DNA of 64,000 bases, from NCBI GenBank assembly GCA_951406725.2, contig OX597816.1, positions 81,592,001 to 81,656,000 on the forward strand, read 5' to 3'. A model generated the notes under the pieces. It saw nothing but the letters and a program-made list of their open reading frames with translations. It was not told the origin of the DNA and did no database searches. This DNA comes from Octopus vulgaris (lineage: Eukaryota). A program made the translations under genes and the position numbers. This document shows positions 48,770-63,164 of the stretch, piece after piece (the first letter of the stretch is position 1; every line of letters begins with the position of its first letter).

Positions 48770-51040
48770 AGATACGTTTTCGAGGATGTAGATCACAATA
48801 ATGTTAGTGAATATTTTTAATCAATTCATTTTGGGATTCTGAAAGGAAAAGAAATCTATACCCTTTTAACTTATTCAATAACTTGCACGTCGTTGTTGCA
48901 CAGCATAAAGAATACCCGTATTATATTGATCGATATTAGTCATTGAAAAAAAATTCCCGAGTTTTCCTATACAGATGGAAAGTATTCAGAGCATTAAGGA
49001 ACTAGTCAACTACAATACAGGTCAAATATATTCTGGACGATACTCTATCATCTTATCTCAGTGATATCATTATGATGTGTGCGCCATGAGCAAGTTAAAA
49101 AAGGTACGAACATCTTTTCTTTCTGACCTACCATCACTACTACTCAAAAGAAAATTAAATTGAAAAAAGTTTTCTTTTCACCAGTATCCACGAAAAAGAT
49201 ATCTGCAAAAATTCTTTAAAATATACGCATTAGTAAGAAAGTTGAGGAAACAGAGTTGGTGGGAAGCACTAAACTGTAATTATGCTTAGTACTTATTTCA
49301 TCAAGCGCGGAAGTTTGACTGGGTGGGTTGCGAAACCCAAAGATGTTGATAAATAACAATTATTATTGTTTTCCACACAAGCATGCGGTGTGATATATAT
49401 ATATTGAAAGGAGATAAAATGATAAGTTCTGTGAAGTGATCGAAACCAAATGATGGATTGTTTAGTCTTCTGCTTACTCTATGAACATACTGAAGTGTTT
49501 TGATGGAGAAACGGCTTGTTTTGATGGTCGTTGGCAGATGTGTCAGTGACTGGTAAGACAGACAGACATGCAAACAGCTAGGCGGACATGCAGGTTGGTT
49601 GGCGAGCTGGCTGGCTGGCTGGCTGCTCCTGCTCGTTCTGCAATTTCTAGTGACTTAGGCCAGTTAACTGTTTATACATTTTAATATCTTTTACGTTTTT
49701 TTTGTCTTCACATTTTCTTTAATTTGGGAGAGGTCTCCTCGGCAATCATGATGGCGGAATCTATTGGGTTATCCAGCTATGCAATAGAATTTGACACAGA
49801 TATTGACGGTTTTTATCAATTTTTTTCATTTTACATTTTTTAAAAATAATTTCCTTTTAAACTTTACTTTCTTTTTCTTGCATGATCACCATTCCGATCA
49901 CCCTTCGACTACATCATCGCTACACTTATTAACTTCGACGTGTTTTTATTATGTTCTTCGTGATAAAAATGGAGTTAACGACCCGGTTTCGATTTCCCAA
50001 CTGGAGCCGCTTTATTTATGTTGCTAATGCTCGAAAGAAAGACATGGGCTTCATAAATTTATATTTCTTCATATCTTGTAACTCTGAAGACTTGTGAAAA
50101 AAAAAAAATCTACTGTCCCTGGAGAATGCACTAATTTACTTGTCTAGGCATCATAATGATCTAAATACTACTACTTTCGTGATTATTTGTGTTCAAGTTA
50201 TGAATCATACCTTTTTTTACACTTATATAATGAAAGTAATTTATTTTATTGTAAATTGTACTGCTACACAGTTAACAGAAGTATAGTGGTTGCTATATAC
50301 ACACGAATGTATTGATATGCATATATATATATATAATGTATGTGTGTAATTATGTTTATAATTATGTATATGTGTATTTGCTTTGCACCTTAGAGATTAT
50401 ACTATACTGCTATGAAGTTGTTTATTCTTATGCTTCCGGCAAATATCAGCTGATTTCGATTTTCAATGTCTCGCATCTAGTAAAATATCTCCGTAAGATT
50501 TTTTTTATTCAGTTTGGGAATACCGAAGCCATTTCTCTCCCTTCCGGTAGTGCACCTCTTAAGCACATGTTCGTTTATGTACTACACCCCTCTCACTACA
50601 TTTATGTTTACATACACGTTTCGATTCAGCAACATTAGCAAGCCTCTGTAATCGTGATGAGTTTGTTTGTAATGAATGTTTCGTTCATTAAGCTAAAGCT
50701 TTTGTGTGTGTGTGTGTTATTGATTTTTCTCTTTCCTTTTTGGTATTATATTAAACCTATGTTTATGGTTTTATACCTATTACATCCCGATTGGGATTTA
50801 CATATTTTTACAAGTATTATTGGTTAGAAATCTATTAATATGCATGAAACAAATATAATATTTATGTGATGTAGACACCAGTATCTTTCAATGAAAATGA
50901 TGTACTCTTTCTTGTTGCAGTAAGCCGAGAGAAATACTAAATCAATCTTTCTCTTTCATTGCACTCTCCAAACAGCCTTGCATCATCGTGGAATGCGGAT
51001 GATGTGTACGTTGCATGTTCGTTTGTGCATAACACTCGGA
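48770..51040. promoter_or_regulatory. CpG-retaining, repeat-poor island; probable promoter or regulatory region
   Basis: Many intact CpGs compared with the flanks and no recognisable SINEs. Contains an ETS-like GCGGAAGT at about 49307, a (GGCT)n tract at about 49608-49625 and ATGGCGG at 49751. Confidence 0.55.
49748..49808 (+). CDS. Candidate alternative first exon (MMAESIGLSSYAIEFDTDID, phase 1)
   Basis: atcATGATGGCG start, then an abrupt switch to T-rich sequence after G|gttttt. Same phase as the 17456 exon, but the donor is weak. Confidence 0.3.
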
Positions 51041-51113
51041 CATTTTTTTTTTTCATTGGGATAACCCATTGATAAATTAAGATTTTGTAAATTAACTGCT
51101 ACTGCACAACTGG

Positions 51114-51115
<2 letters not shown>

Positions 51116-51166
<51 letters not shown>
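51116..51166. repeat. (TA)n microsatellite
   Basis: Directly visible. Confidence 0.95.
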
Positions 51167-51169
<3 letters not shown>

Positions 51170-52666
51170 ATTACAAATATACAAAAATATAGGCTATGTT
51201 GAAGAAAAAGCAGGCTATCAAAGATGCCAGAAACGTCATGTCTGTCCCAACAAAAACTTAAAAAGTTACTGGTTAGTTAAAACTTTATAACTCGGTGTAA
51301 ACTCAGGTCCACTAATAACATAATATTATGTTCCTTTGTGAATCCTCCTCGAATTTATCAGTACATTATAAACATGTAGCGTGTGGCCAATAATTTTTAA
51401 TGGCTTATAAGCAGTAAATATTGTCACTTCCTTTACATTAGGGCTGAGAAATTGTCACATTATGATTCCCTTGCGATTGAAAGAAATGCTAACCAATTCA
51501 TAGAATATAAAGAACAAATAATGAACCGACTGTTTCATTACCAGTTGATTTTAGGACCACTCCTTTAATTAGATACTATTCGAATTTCATTTTCTGTGAT
51601 AATTAAAAATAGTAATGTTTGAATATGTACATTGGGCAGGTGTGTGTTCTACTCGAGCCTCAGGTGACCATTACTTTGTGAGTAGAATTTGGTAGAAATT
51701 TCACACATATACATAATGTGAGTGTATCTGTGTCTGTTTTTATGTTGTATCCCACTATGTTCTCTAACTTTAAAGTTTTGTAAATAGAAATCTATAAAAT
51801 AAGGACTTGACTGAAACAGTTCTGACGTTGATATGATCACCTAAACACCATGAATATGGTGCCCCAGCACAAGTCCAGTGGTTGAAACCAGTAAAAGGAT
51901 ATGTATACATGTTCACATACATTGCAATATTTATAATATCTGAGTCAAAATCATTGTCATTTGCTTTATTGATTCAGCACAGCATATACATGAACTCAAA
52001 TCAATCACACTTATTGACGAAAGCATTATCATCTAGCAATAAAATAAAATGAAAACCTTACAAAGCATAACATCAATCCACAAGTTAATGAGGGTGCCTC
52101 AGTGCAGTCAGTCAACCTGCTAGAAATAACTACCAGATATCCTTCAAAACAACTATACTGTTTTATGAAAGTAAGGATAGATTAGATTATGTAGTAGTCA
52201 TAGTTACTACACAAAGCCTAACTAACAGAAAAGATGGCATGGTTACCGTTGGAACATGTTTTGATTGTGAGGTTGCTTGATCAGAGCTGACCTGTCATTA
52301 AATATCAATGATGAACAGGTCATCCAACCCATGCAAACACAGGGCTAGGGTGAATAACAATTCTGGATATTTGATGGCTAATTAAAATTATAATACCACA
52401 CTTCTTTGCTGCAGATCATTCCCATTGAAAAAGAATTCTTGCTTAAGAGAATTTCACCAGTTAAATCATACTTTATGTAATCTTAATTTAATTTTATTTC
52501 ATTGTGTCATGCTGATGCACAATGAGCTTAGACGTGTGAGACTGTGTCCAGATGAGCCTGCGTGTCAGTAGTGTCTAAAATGATGTAGGTGTATACTTGT
52601 CTTCAGAGGAGAAAAAGTGTTTATAGACAAATATTACTAAATATTATACTGGCTAACCAATCTGAT

Positions 52667-52697
<31 letters not shown>

Positions 52698-52971
52698 TAG
52701 AGAGATCCAAGTTTCAATGGTTTAGTTCTCATTTGTCATCAGCTCAAGAAAGACAAATATACTACTTGGTGACAAATAAACTGAACCTTTCCATTTTAAC
52801 CTCAGATAAACTGATTGAGTAGATCTATCATTAACTATCTTCCCACTATAGCCATCATATCTTTTTAGAAGTATATTGGGCTACATTATCCAGTGTATCC
52901 TCCACCCCCCTAAGATAGTACGATGTGATTTAAAGGTGATTTGACTACTATTTCTATCAGGTTTAACAACC

Positions 52972-53615
52972 ATGTGATGTGTATGGATGAGGACAGCTGT
53001 GCAAAGAGTGCCAATCTCTAACTGTGGAGGGAACCTGTGGTAGAGGTAGATTCAAAAAGACGTAAGAGGAGGTGGTGAAGCATGATCTTCAAACTTTGGG
53101 CCTCACAGAGGCAATGACTAGTGACCAAGATCTTTGGCGATATGCTGTGCTTGAGAAGACCCATTAAGCCAAGTGAAATCGTAGTTGTGGCTGATGCTGG
53201 TGTCACATAACTGGTACCCATGCTAGTGGCACATAAAGAGCATCTTTCAAGCTTTAAGCCTCACAGAAGCAAAGTGGCTGATGCTGGTGGCACATGAAAA
53301 GTTCCTTTCGAATGTTGGGTCTCATGGAGGCAATGACCTAGACCTTTGGCATTATGTTGTCCTTGAGAAGAAGACCCATCAAGTCAAGTAAAATTGCAGT
53401 TGTGACAGATTCCATGTCATGTAAATGACACCCATGCCAGTGGCACATAAAAGCACCCATTACACTCTCGGAATGGTTGGCATTAGGAAGGGCATCCAGC
53501 CATAGAAACCATTTCAAATGAGACTGGAGTCTGGTACAGCCTTCCGGCTTGCCAACCCGGTCAAACCATCTGACCCATGTCAGCATGGACAACAGATGCT
53601 AAATGATGATGATGA
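52972..53615 (+). mobile_element. RTE LINE 3' end
   Basis: C-terminal …VEGTCGRGR… followed by the repetitive 3' UTR with aggaagggcatccagc and a (GAT)n tail. Confidence 0.85.
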
Positions 53616-54180
53616 TAGATTAAATAGTAAGTTATTTGTTAGAGTTCACTAAAGCTCAGTATATATCTTCAAACCCACATTTTTTAACACCATTGTTGAA
53701 GCAGTTCATTACAGATGTACATAGAAGTGAGTTACAAAATAGAAATAGTGGGTGCACAAATGATGCAGTATACTTGTACACTGATTTGGAACTAAAATAT
53801 AAGTTATATAATAAATAGTGCAATCATCTGAAGATTGAAAATCTTGAATTTGACGAATTTATTTACTTCAAGAAGTAATTAAGTAACCCAAAAAATGCTA
53901 TTAGCACTGCAATTTGTTGAGAAAATAGCATAATTTCTAGAATCTAAAATGACTGGAATGAGATTTAGGAACTGCTGGTTGTTGACGAGTGTGTGTGATA
54001 CTGTGTGCCAGTGAAACTTGACCTGTTAAGTCAAAAGACTTGCAGGAGTGAAGAGAAATGAGTTACATCAATGTGCAATGCAAACTTGATATCAATTTAG
54101 CACGGGTTTTGAGGGAGTGCCTACATACCCCAAGTATTAACCAATGCTATTAAAAGTAGTGATGAAAATGGTATGGAAAT

Positions 54181-54211
<31 letters not shown>

Positions 54212-54234
54212 GAGCTCTTCTAGAACTTAGTTTG

Positions 54235-55630
54235 ACTGAGTTGGACAGGTCTTCTCAAGAACTATCTATCATCAGCCATCCAAACTCTTTGCTATCTCCT
54301 CCGTGAGGTTCAAGATCCTGAGATTAGCCTTCACCAATTTGCCTCATGTCTTCTAGGGTCTCTCTCTCTCTCTCTCTTCTACAAACTCCATCCACATTGA
54401 AATCAATACTTCTTTATATAGCTATCATCAGCTATATGAATCACATGTCCATACCAGCGCAGTCTTTTTCTGGGACACTACATTTGATACTTATTATGCC
54501 CAGTTTTTCTTTTGGCACATTCATACTATATCGTTCATGCACACTTACATTGTACATCCAATGGAATATACTCACCTCATTTCTTTCCAATCTTCTCAAG
54601 TCCTCTGCATTCAAGGCATATGTCACACTACAATGCAGCATCACAGTTTGAACATAAGTGTTTTACAATCTGTTCTTCACTCTGAGGGAAAAGACCTTTA
54701 TTACCAGCTGTGGTAAAAGCTCCCTGAACTTATTTCATCCTGTTCTTAGCCTTGCTACAGTACTTTTGGAGCAACCATCTCCCCTGTTAATTATGTCTCC
54801 TGGGTAACCAAAGTTATTGATTTCTTCTCGCATGTCATTCAAGTATTCAAGTGAATCTATTTCCAGTGTGCTCATAGTATGTACTGCTCCAGAGGATGAC
54901 ACATAATAAGTTTACTTTCTCTGTTAGCCTGTAATTCTACTACACCTCTCATGTATCCTTAACTTACATTGGGTACAGCTTTTGGAGTTTATACCTACTT
55001 CTTTCCTGCTTATCAAGCAAGACCATTTCACATAAGATACCAAGGTCCTGTAGTATTTCCTACTTAGTCTTTACTAAGTTTATTTGGAAACCTCTTGAGT
55101 CAAGGTTTGTCTTCCATGCCTAGAATTTCCTCTCTTATTCCACTATAAATTTATCATCAATATATTCCACTATAATAAAATCACTATAAATAAATCATCA
55201 ATATATAGGAGCTCTTGTGGCCAATCTCACTCTGTGATGGCCTGCTAGACTATGATGAATAGGGGAGGACTAAACTTTGATGAACTACCTTCTCAGTAAA
55301 TTCGTCACTAAATTTTTGCTGATTCTCACTTTACTTACTGCATCTTTGTATAGTTTTCACAGCCCCCACAAGTTATTTGTCTATACCTAGCTTCCTTAGT
55401 GACCACCAAATTACTGAATGTGGTCTCCTGTCAAATGCCTTCTCCAAAGCAATGAAAGCCAGAAATAGTGGTTTATTCTTAACCAAGTATTTCTCCTGCA
55501 GCTGCCTCACTAGGAAGATCGCATCTGTGGTACCTCTTTTGGGCATGAAGCCAAACTACATCTCATCTAGGTCTACTCTGTCACAGACTATGACTCTCTG
55601 TGACCTTCATAATCTGATCCATTTGTTTTA
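54235..55630 (-). mobile_element. Decayed RTE LINE fragment
   Basis: Reverse complement gives RQLQEKYL…EKAFDR and EDLRRLERNE, the same family as above. Confidence 0.85.
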
Positions 55631-58399
55631 TTCCTTTGAGTATGCCTTCATTCCAAGTACACTGCTTGCCAATGGCATTGTGGTGCTCCCTTACACATTG
55701 TTTCACAATTCTGAACACTTCATGCTTCCGATACTCAGATTGTTGGACATGTGCAAATCTCTTCCTTCATGTGTAGTTATTTTTTTTTTCCGTAAATCTC
55801 TACATAGCACACCATATGTGGCTTATATTTGGCTAAATTGATAAAATTTCAACCAAAGTGTGCATTCCATACTTGTGTGTTTGCAGCCAGTGCAATTACT
55901 TCTCAAAATGACTTTATCAAACCTTTTGTGAATAAGTACCGAGTTTGGTATCAACCTACAGACTGTAAACAGCAAGAGCTCTGTATAACTAACAAGTATT
56001 TCTTTATCTTACTGTGTGAAATTTTTGAGTGTTGGTTGGAGAGGTATGAATGAACTTTGCCTCACTGACTTGCCCTAGATACACTATACTGAATACAAAG
56101 TCTTCAAGAGCAGCCCTTATGACTCAGTGGGCTATTAGACTCCTTATTACTTATTGTCATTTGGTACAATGATTTAACAGGTATTTGCTCCTTTAAATGA
56201 GTAATTTCCATTTACAATCTTTATTTATGGAATTGGCATTGATAAAAATAACTAAAATGAGTGCTAGCTATGATTCAGTTCTCATTGCAAGTTATCTATA
56301 ATTATGACCCAATTATATAGGTGGTTATTTTCAACAGCTTGGCTGTAATTAATCATATTCACTCAGCAACAGTTGATTTCATGGTTTTGTTGTTTTTGTT
56401 TTCACTAGCATCTGTCATCATTTCAAAAAGATTACCACCATTGGCCTGGGACATTTCAACCTAAATATACAAGAACTGTTAATATAAATGCTGTTGTTAT
56501 TTAAGATGAGGAATATACATAAGTTTATGCAACAGTCTACTTATGGGTAAATTCCTCCTAACCTTATTTAACTTTTACTTGCTGACCAAACTGTTTTTGG
56601 ATTTATTTATATATCTCATTACAAATAGTTAAACAAATATGAAACTCCAAATTAATTAATGTTTCAAATAAGAGTTGCTTAACACTTGAAGTGTTGTTCT
56701 TCAGTTCCTGAGGAGAATGTCAGATTTCATTGGTCTCATCACACTTGTTGCTGCATATATTATCTTCATTGCTTTTATTTCTTCCATTATTGGCATTGTC
56801 ATATTATATAATTAATTTGTTTTCTTTTCTATTATTGAAAGTTTTTTTTTGTTATGGGTTCTTCATATTTTTCAAATCAAGAATATTATTTTCTGAGATT
56901 AACATTGCCTCAGTGAGTTCATGTGTCACAACCAAACACTTTGGTTGCTTACATCTTCTGTGTTAAACAACAGTATTCAGTGAGCTGACTGAGACAAAAC
57001 TGGAATAACACTGTGGTCCTGTGTTAGTTACCGTTAACAAACTGTGGCACATCGAAGTGAGATGGTTGAATGGATTAGGTATTGGATTACCAGTTCATTT
57101 TGTTTTGTTGCTGTGTAGATTTTATTTTTGTCAGTTTACTTGCATATCAGAAATAAGTACCAGATTTTTTAATAAAAGATCAATATCACTAATCACATAT
57201 TTATGCATACTTAAGATAATATAAGTTGAAGTAATTGACTAATTATTGCACCAGTAGATGGAATAAATAAATATTCTTACATCTGATATACTGTTAAATG
57301 TTCTGGTTATCATTTACCATTAGCTCAGCTCCGATTGAGAAAATCTTGGACCAAATGTATTCTAGCTGTGACTATCTTTTGACATATTAAAATGTCACTG
57401 ATGAATGTCTTTTTCTTTTTTAAAACATTAGGGTATGGTATGAAAAAAATCTACTGCTATTTCTACCAGGCTGGGCAGACATTTAGTGATTCCCTCATTG
57501 GTTTGTAATTTTAGTGATTGATCAGATGCCAGTGGCATGGAAATAGCTCATAAAACCCTTGAAAACAATCCCAAACTCACCACAATGGCTGTACTACTCT
57601 TCTGTCTCATCTGGGCTTATGTTGTCCACACTGTTTCATTGCATGATATAAATTGTTAGTAGTTAATGTTATACAGTGTGGTCAGTAAACACTAGTGTTT
57701 ACTATTTACTACTTTGATACTTGCATAGTTGTATTATAGAAGGTGTACTCTATAGAGGGTGTGTTCTGGTAGTGATGTTTCTTTCACTCAGTACCAGAGC
57801 ACACCCTTTGATAGAAATTCCAAATTGTTTCTTAAGTTTTCTGTAGACTAAATTTACAATAATATTCCATTTTGTTTTTATTCATTTAGTTTATTGGGTT
57901 TATCTTTTAGAGACAAACTTAATAAATGCAGAAACCTTTTCTGACTCAATAAAGGAAGTCTCTAAGCTGTTAATCAACCCACTGGAGGTAGCTAATAACT
58001 CTTTCAGATACCAGATACTGCTGTCTTAAAAGAAAAGTTTATTGTATAATTTAATCCTGACTATAGAAAAAAAAATCCTTGATGGTTATATTTGGGATGG
58101 TTATATATAGGTTTGCTTGATTAGAGCCAATCTGAAGCTAAATAAACAACTAGCTTTTTCTTTATGATAGCAGACATTATTTGCCTTTTAGTTATATATT
58201 ACTAATGTTACTTATATCCTGAAGTCTTTGTTTTAAATACATTCACAGGGTTTGAATGTCAAAACATTTTATTTATTTTACAAATATGCTTCCAAAACTT
58301 AGTAACTGATATGAGGGGGGAAAAAACTTAAATACTGAGGTTGGAATGATTTACACATACTGAGATATTGCAATAAAATGTAATATTAAAATAAAAAAT

Positions 58400-60031
58400 T
58401 ATCATCAGCTAATGTTCGCTTTCCAAGCTGGCATGGGTCAGATGGTTTAACTGGAACAGGTAAGCTTGAGAGCTGCACCAGGTTCTAATTTGATTTGGCA
58501 TGGTTTCTACAGCCAGATGCCCTTCCTAATTCCAGCCACTCCAAGGGTGTAATAGGTGCTTTTTACGTGCCACTGGCATGACACTGACAACAGCCGTGAC
58601 TACAATTCCACTTGGCCTGATGAGTCTCCTCAAGCACAGCATATCACCAAAGGTCTCAGTCACTTATCATCACCTCTGTGAGGCCCAGCATTCAAAGGTC
58701 TTGCTTCACCACCTCGCCACTGTGAGGCCCAACATTCAAAGATCATACTACAGACAACAGCCACAATTATGATTTCACGGGTGCCATTTACATGACACCA
58801 GCAATGGCCATGAATACTATTTCACTTGGCTTGATGAGTTTTCTCAAGCACAGCATATTGCCAACGGTCTTGGTCACTTGTCACTGCCTCCGCAAGGCCC
58901 AACATTTGAAGATTATGCTTCATCACCTCGTCCCATGTCTCTTTATGCAGCTGTCCTCATCCATACATGTCACTTGACAATACCAGCACATTCGTCTCTC
59001 TTGCACATCACATCTGACGCCTCTTGTGCCCAGTTTTCAAGGCATTATCAACACGCAAGACACTTACACTCTGTTGCACATGCACACTGTCATGGCAATC
59101 CAGCAAAGCATACTGGCTTCATTTGTTTCAAGCCTTTGCATGTCCTCTGTGGTCACAGCCCACATTGCACTGCCATGGAGCGTGGATGCTGTGTTTGCAC
59201 ACAGTCATTATACAGTCTGCTTTTCATTCTAAGAGAGAGGCTCTTTGTTATCAAAAGAAGTAGATCTCTGAACTTTGCCCAGCCTATTCTTATTCTAGCA
59301 GCTACACTCTCAGAGCATCCACCTCCAATGCTAACTTGGTCACCTAGATAATGGGAGCTATCAACTATTTCTAGGTATCACCCTGGCATTTGATGGAGTC
59401 TATTTTCTGTACATTTCTAGTGTTTATTGTACCTGTACATCTGCCACACACAAAGAGTATTTTCCCTGTTAAACTTCCTCTTATATTGCTGCACCTCTTA
59501 TGTGTCCATAGCTTGCACCACATGGATTTTATGGAGTTTGTACCTACACCTTTTCCACATATTGAGCAGGGCCATCTACCTGCAGTTTGACTTAAATTCC
59601 TCTGTCTGAGGACTCATCCTTGATGTACCCCTACTTATCCCCTGGGGTGTCCGAGGACTCATCCTTAGTGTACCCCCATTTATACCCTGAATTCATTGCT
59701 ATACTTGTTGCCAACCCTCACTTTAATGACAGCATCCCTGTACATAGCTTGTACAGCTCTCACCAACCACTCCTGTATCTTTAGTTTCCACATTGACCAC
59801 CAGATAAAGGAGCAGGGAACCCTGTCAAAGGCTTTCTTTATGTCAACAAAAGTCAAATACAGAAGTTTATTTTTGACTGGGTACTTCTGCAACTGCCTTA
59901 CCAGAAATATAGCGTCAGTGGTACTTCTCCCTGGCACAAAACGAAATTGCATCTCATCTAGACTAACTCACTTCATAATTAGTTGGGCTATGATCCTCTC
60001 TGTAACTTTCATCGCCTGATCCAACAATTTG
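58400..60031 (-). mobile_element. Decayed RTE LINE with 3' UTR and an internal deletion
   Basis: MQFRFVPGRSTTDAIFLVRQLQ…KKAFDRVP, Cys-rich insert, 3' UTR repeats and tail at about 58400. Confidence 0.88.
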
Positions 60032-62679
60032 AAAAATACATGTAGAAAAAGAAATTGAAAAGTAAGTGTACATATTTAAAGTATTGAACGTACTTATGTG
60101 GGGAGGAAAACATTAGATTAATTTATCATTAATCTTTTCAAACCCCCCACCACCACCACCACCACACACACACACATGATTCTCATCATTCATTCTTCCT
60201 CTATGCTTCCTCAGACCTTCTCTTGAATGAGATGATGTTTCTACTTGTCCTGAGAATTGCCAACCTGGGCCTTTCAAAAGTATATGAAGTCCATATGACT
60301 GAAAGGCCATAAGAATTTTGGGGTTAAGGCAGCAGAAAGCATGGATGAAGTGGGAGAGTCTGAGGCAGCACTGTATTATTTGGCCAAACAACATGCATGC
60401 CTGTATCATTTTTGATTATTTGTCCAGGCTATTTACAATGCTATGCCAAGCCTTGCTAACCCTCACATCTGGACAAAAGTGTTACACCATCCTGTTCTGC
60501 TCTGAAAGAGGATTGTTAGAAAATCGTTCAGCTTTACTAACTGTAATTAGTCATAGTGTCCTGTAAATATTGGTGCTCATGTGTCTTTGAAACTTTCATC
60601 ATTTTAACATCCACTTTTCCATGTTTGCATTGGTCAGACAGATTATTGAAGCACTTTTCGATTGCTGGATTCCCTTCCTGTCACCAACCCATATCTGTTT
60701 CCAAGCAAGGTAATTTTTTCCCCATGACCAGACATGTTTTCATAGAATATTAGAAATGAATGAATCTTCTGTTATGCTTTTTTTATAACATAATGTGATG
60801 TCAAGATTAGGAAACACAAACACACATACACTCACACACAATGGGGTTTCTTTCAGTTTCCATCTTCCAAATCCATACAGCCACACTTGTGCCTATGATA
60901 TTAGAAGCTAAAAATAGTTATAAAGTAGAGCAACATAAAATGAAGAGAATAATTTTTCAGTAAGATTTTTTAAATTGTTAAAAAATGTTTTAGTAAATCT
61001 TTTTTTATTAATGAACAAAAATAACTAAACTGGTTTCCAGTATTTATGGAATAATGTTTCTGTGGCACATAACAATTCAAAAATCATCCAGCAGGGCATC
61101 ACCTGATTTAATGCCATCACTTTTCCTTGGTCCTTAGGTCCTTCAGTAGTGTCCATTCTGTTGCAAGTATTTGGGTTAGGTTTCTATTCCGAGAAGAATG
61201 TGAATAACTTCCTCCCTTCTTCCTGTTGGAGGCCTTGAAAAGGGGTTATAGATGTTACTTGTCTTCTGGCTTTATCAAACAAAAATTATATTAAAAAACA
61301 TACATTATTGTTATTTATCTATTGGTTTGCACTGATCTGGTAGACTTATGTTCAAGATGTTACAGTTATGACACGCCCATCTTTTACTCAGACACACTGT
61401 ATCTAAGAATTACATTACCAGTATCCCTAATTTTTTTCAAGATGGTAGAGTATAATATAAGGGAAGCTAACTGCTGTTTAAAGTGATTGAGTCACCATAT
61501 AAAGGCTCTCTCTGGTACATCTTGTCAAGTCTACTTTTTGCAATCTGTGTCACTGAAGCAACCAATTTAAATAGATGCTTTTAGTGATATCCATTGTTTT
61601 TGTAATGTGAGGTAGGCTCTCCTGAGAGTTTGGATTTAAAACATGTGGTCAGTTGAGATTTGAACAGAATCAAGTTGCCAGGGGGCTGTAAATTCCCTTG
61701 CTGGATTATTTTTTATTCTTTTGCTAACATCATTTAACACTGCATCAATAGAATACTTGCTGTCTTGTAGAAATTTAACTGATATGATAAATTTTTGTGT
61801 AATGTTTAAAGTTTTTACTCCCCTTTTTCTGCGCAAATTGTATTGCTACACAATCTATTGAAATATTATTTTTACTAATGTATAAATACTATTGTTACAA
61901 TATTTTCATCCATTTTAAGGATATTTGAATACAATTGGTGGAGATTTGATAGGATGAGTGATTATGCAGAGGCTCATTTATAAATAAAGAGGCAAAATGG
62001 ACAAAATGTATGTAGGAAAAGGCAAGAAGATTGGGTTGATGATTAACAGGCTGTATATCAATAAATCCTGCTTCAAATGGACTTTGAAGTCCATGGTTGT
62101 GGTGGCAGTTTAAATTGAATGAATACAATAAGTAGGTCTGAAGTGTACAAGCAATATACTGTTGTCATGGTTACATTACTAACTACCTGTGTCATACATT
62201 TGCAGAAATTAAATTCCTTTGTAATGTAAGGTTGAAATTATGTCTGCTGTCTGCCAGTCAGATATCCATCGTCTTATCTTTTTCATATATATAATTCTTT
62301 TGTTTGTATGCTATAACTTGTATTTTTTTTCTATTTAAAATTATAATCATGTACTGACTAAGAAGAAAAAGGAAGTTATTGGGAAAAGTAATGGAAGTAA
62401 GTTTGACAAGAAAAATGTATAAATAAAGAAATCTGATCCTAAATGGATCATAGTGAACTGAGCTTAATGGTTCATAACATTAAGAAAATGAGAGACACTA
62501 TGAAAATTTGGTGTCAAATTTCCTGCATTTAGCTAAACTGATTGCCCAATATCTTGTCTATTTAGTTATTTCATTTCTACATACTTGGAGTATATAATTA
62601 AACTTTAATGTATTTAGACCCTTAAATACATTAACATTTTCCTCATTGGCTCACTTAGCTAGCATGAAATTTATTGTCT

Positions 62680-63000
62680 TCATCAGCATTATTTAACATC
62701 CACTTTCCATGCTGGTATGGATTGGATGGTTTGACTGGGACTAGTAAACCAGGGAGCTGCACCAGGTTCCAATCTGATTTTGTATGGTTTTTTTACAACT
62801 GGATGCCCTTCCTAACACCAACCACTTCAAGAGTGCAATGGTTGCTTTTATGTGCAACCAGCAAACAACATTGGCAACACCCATAACTACTACAACTACA
62901 ATTTCACTTGGTTTCATAAGTTTTCTCAGCACAGCATTGCCAAAGGTCTCAGTCACTTGTCATCGCCTCCGTGAGGTCCAACATTCGAAAGATCATACTA
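62680..63000 (-). mobile_element. RTE 3'-UTR-only copy
   Basis: Contains ggatgcccttcctaac, the reverse complement of the same UTR. Confidence 0.75.
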
Positions 63001-63164
63001 CTGCCATTAGCAATCTTCTGCTATTGTTTCACCCACTAATGTCATTACCTATAGTCTAGTCTATTGACCTGTTGAAGCACCACTGAACAATCCATGTTTA
63101 TGTAGTGATCCACAAGACAATTACACTATAACAGCACTACAAGTTGGTAAAACACCATTTATTC

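Noticed and set aside
57040-57085. hAT transposase motif (HIEVRWL)
   Set aside because: Only a short isolated match with no other motifs or TIRs.
57911-57987. Plus-strand phase-1 exon (ETNLINAETF…)
   Set aside because: Overlaps two decayed repeats and has a poor donor.
58570-58930. CRISPR-like repeat array
   Set aside because: Irregular internal repeats of an RTE 3' UTR in a eukaryotic context, with no unique spacers or cas genes.
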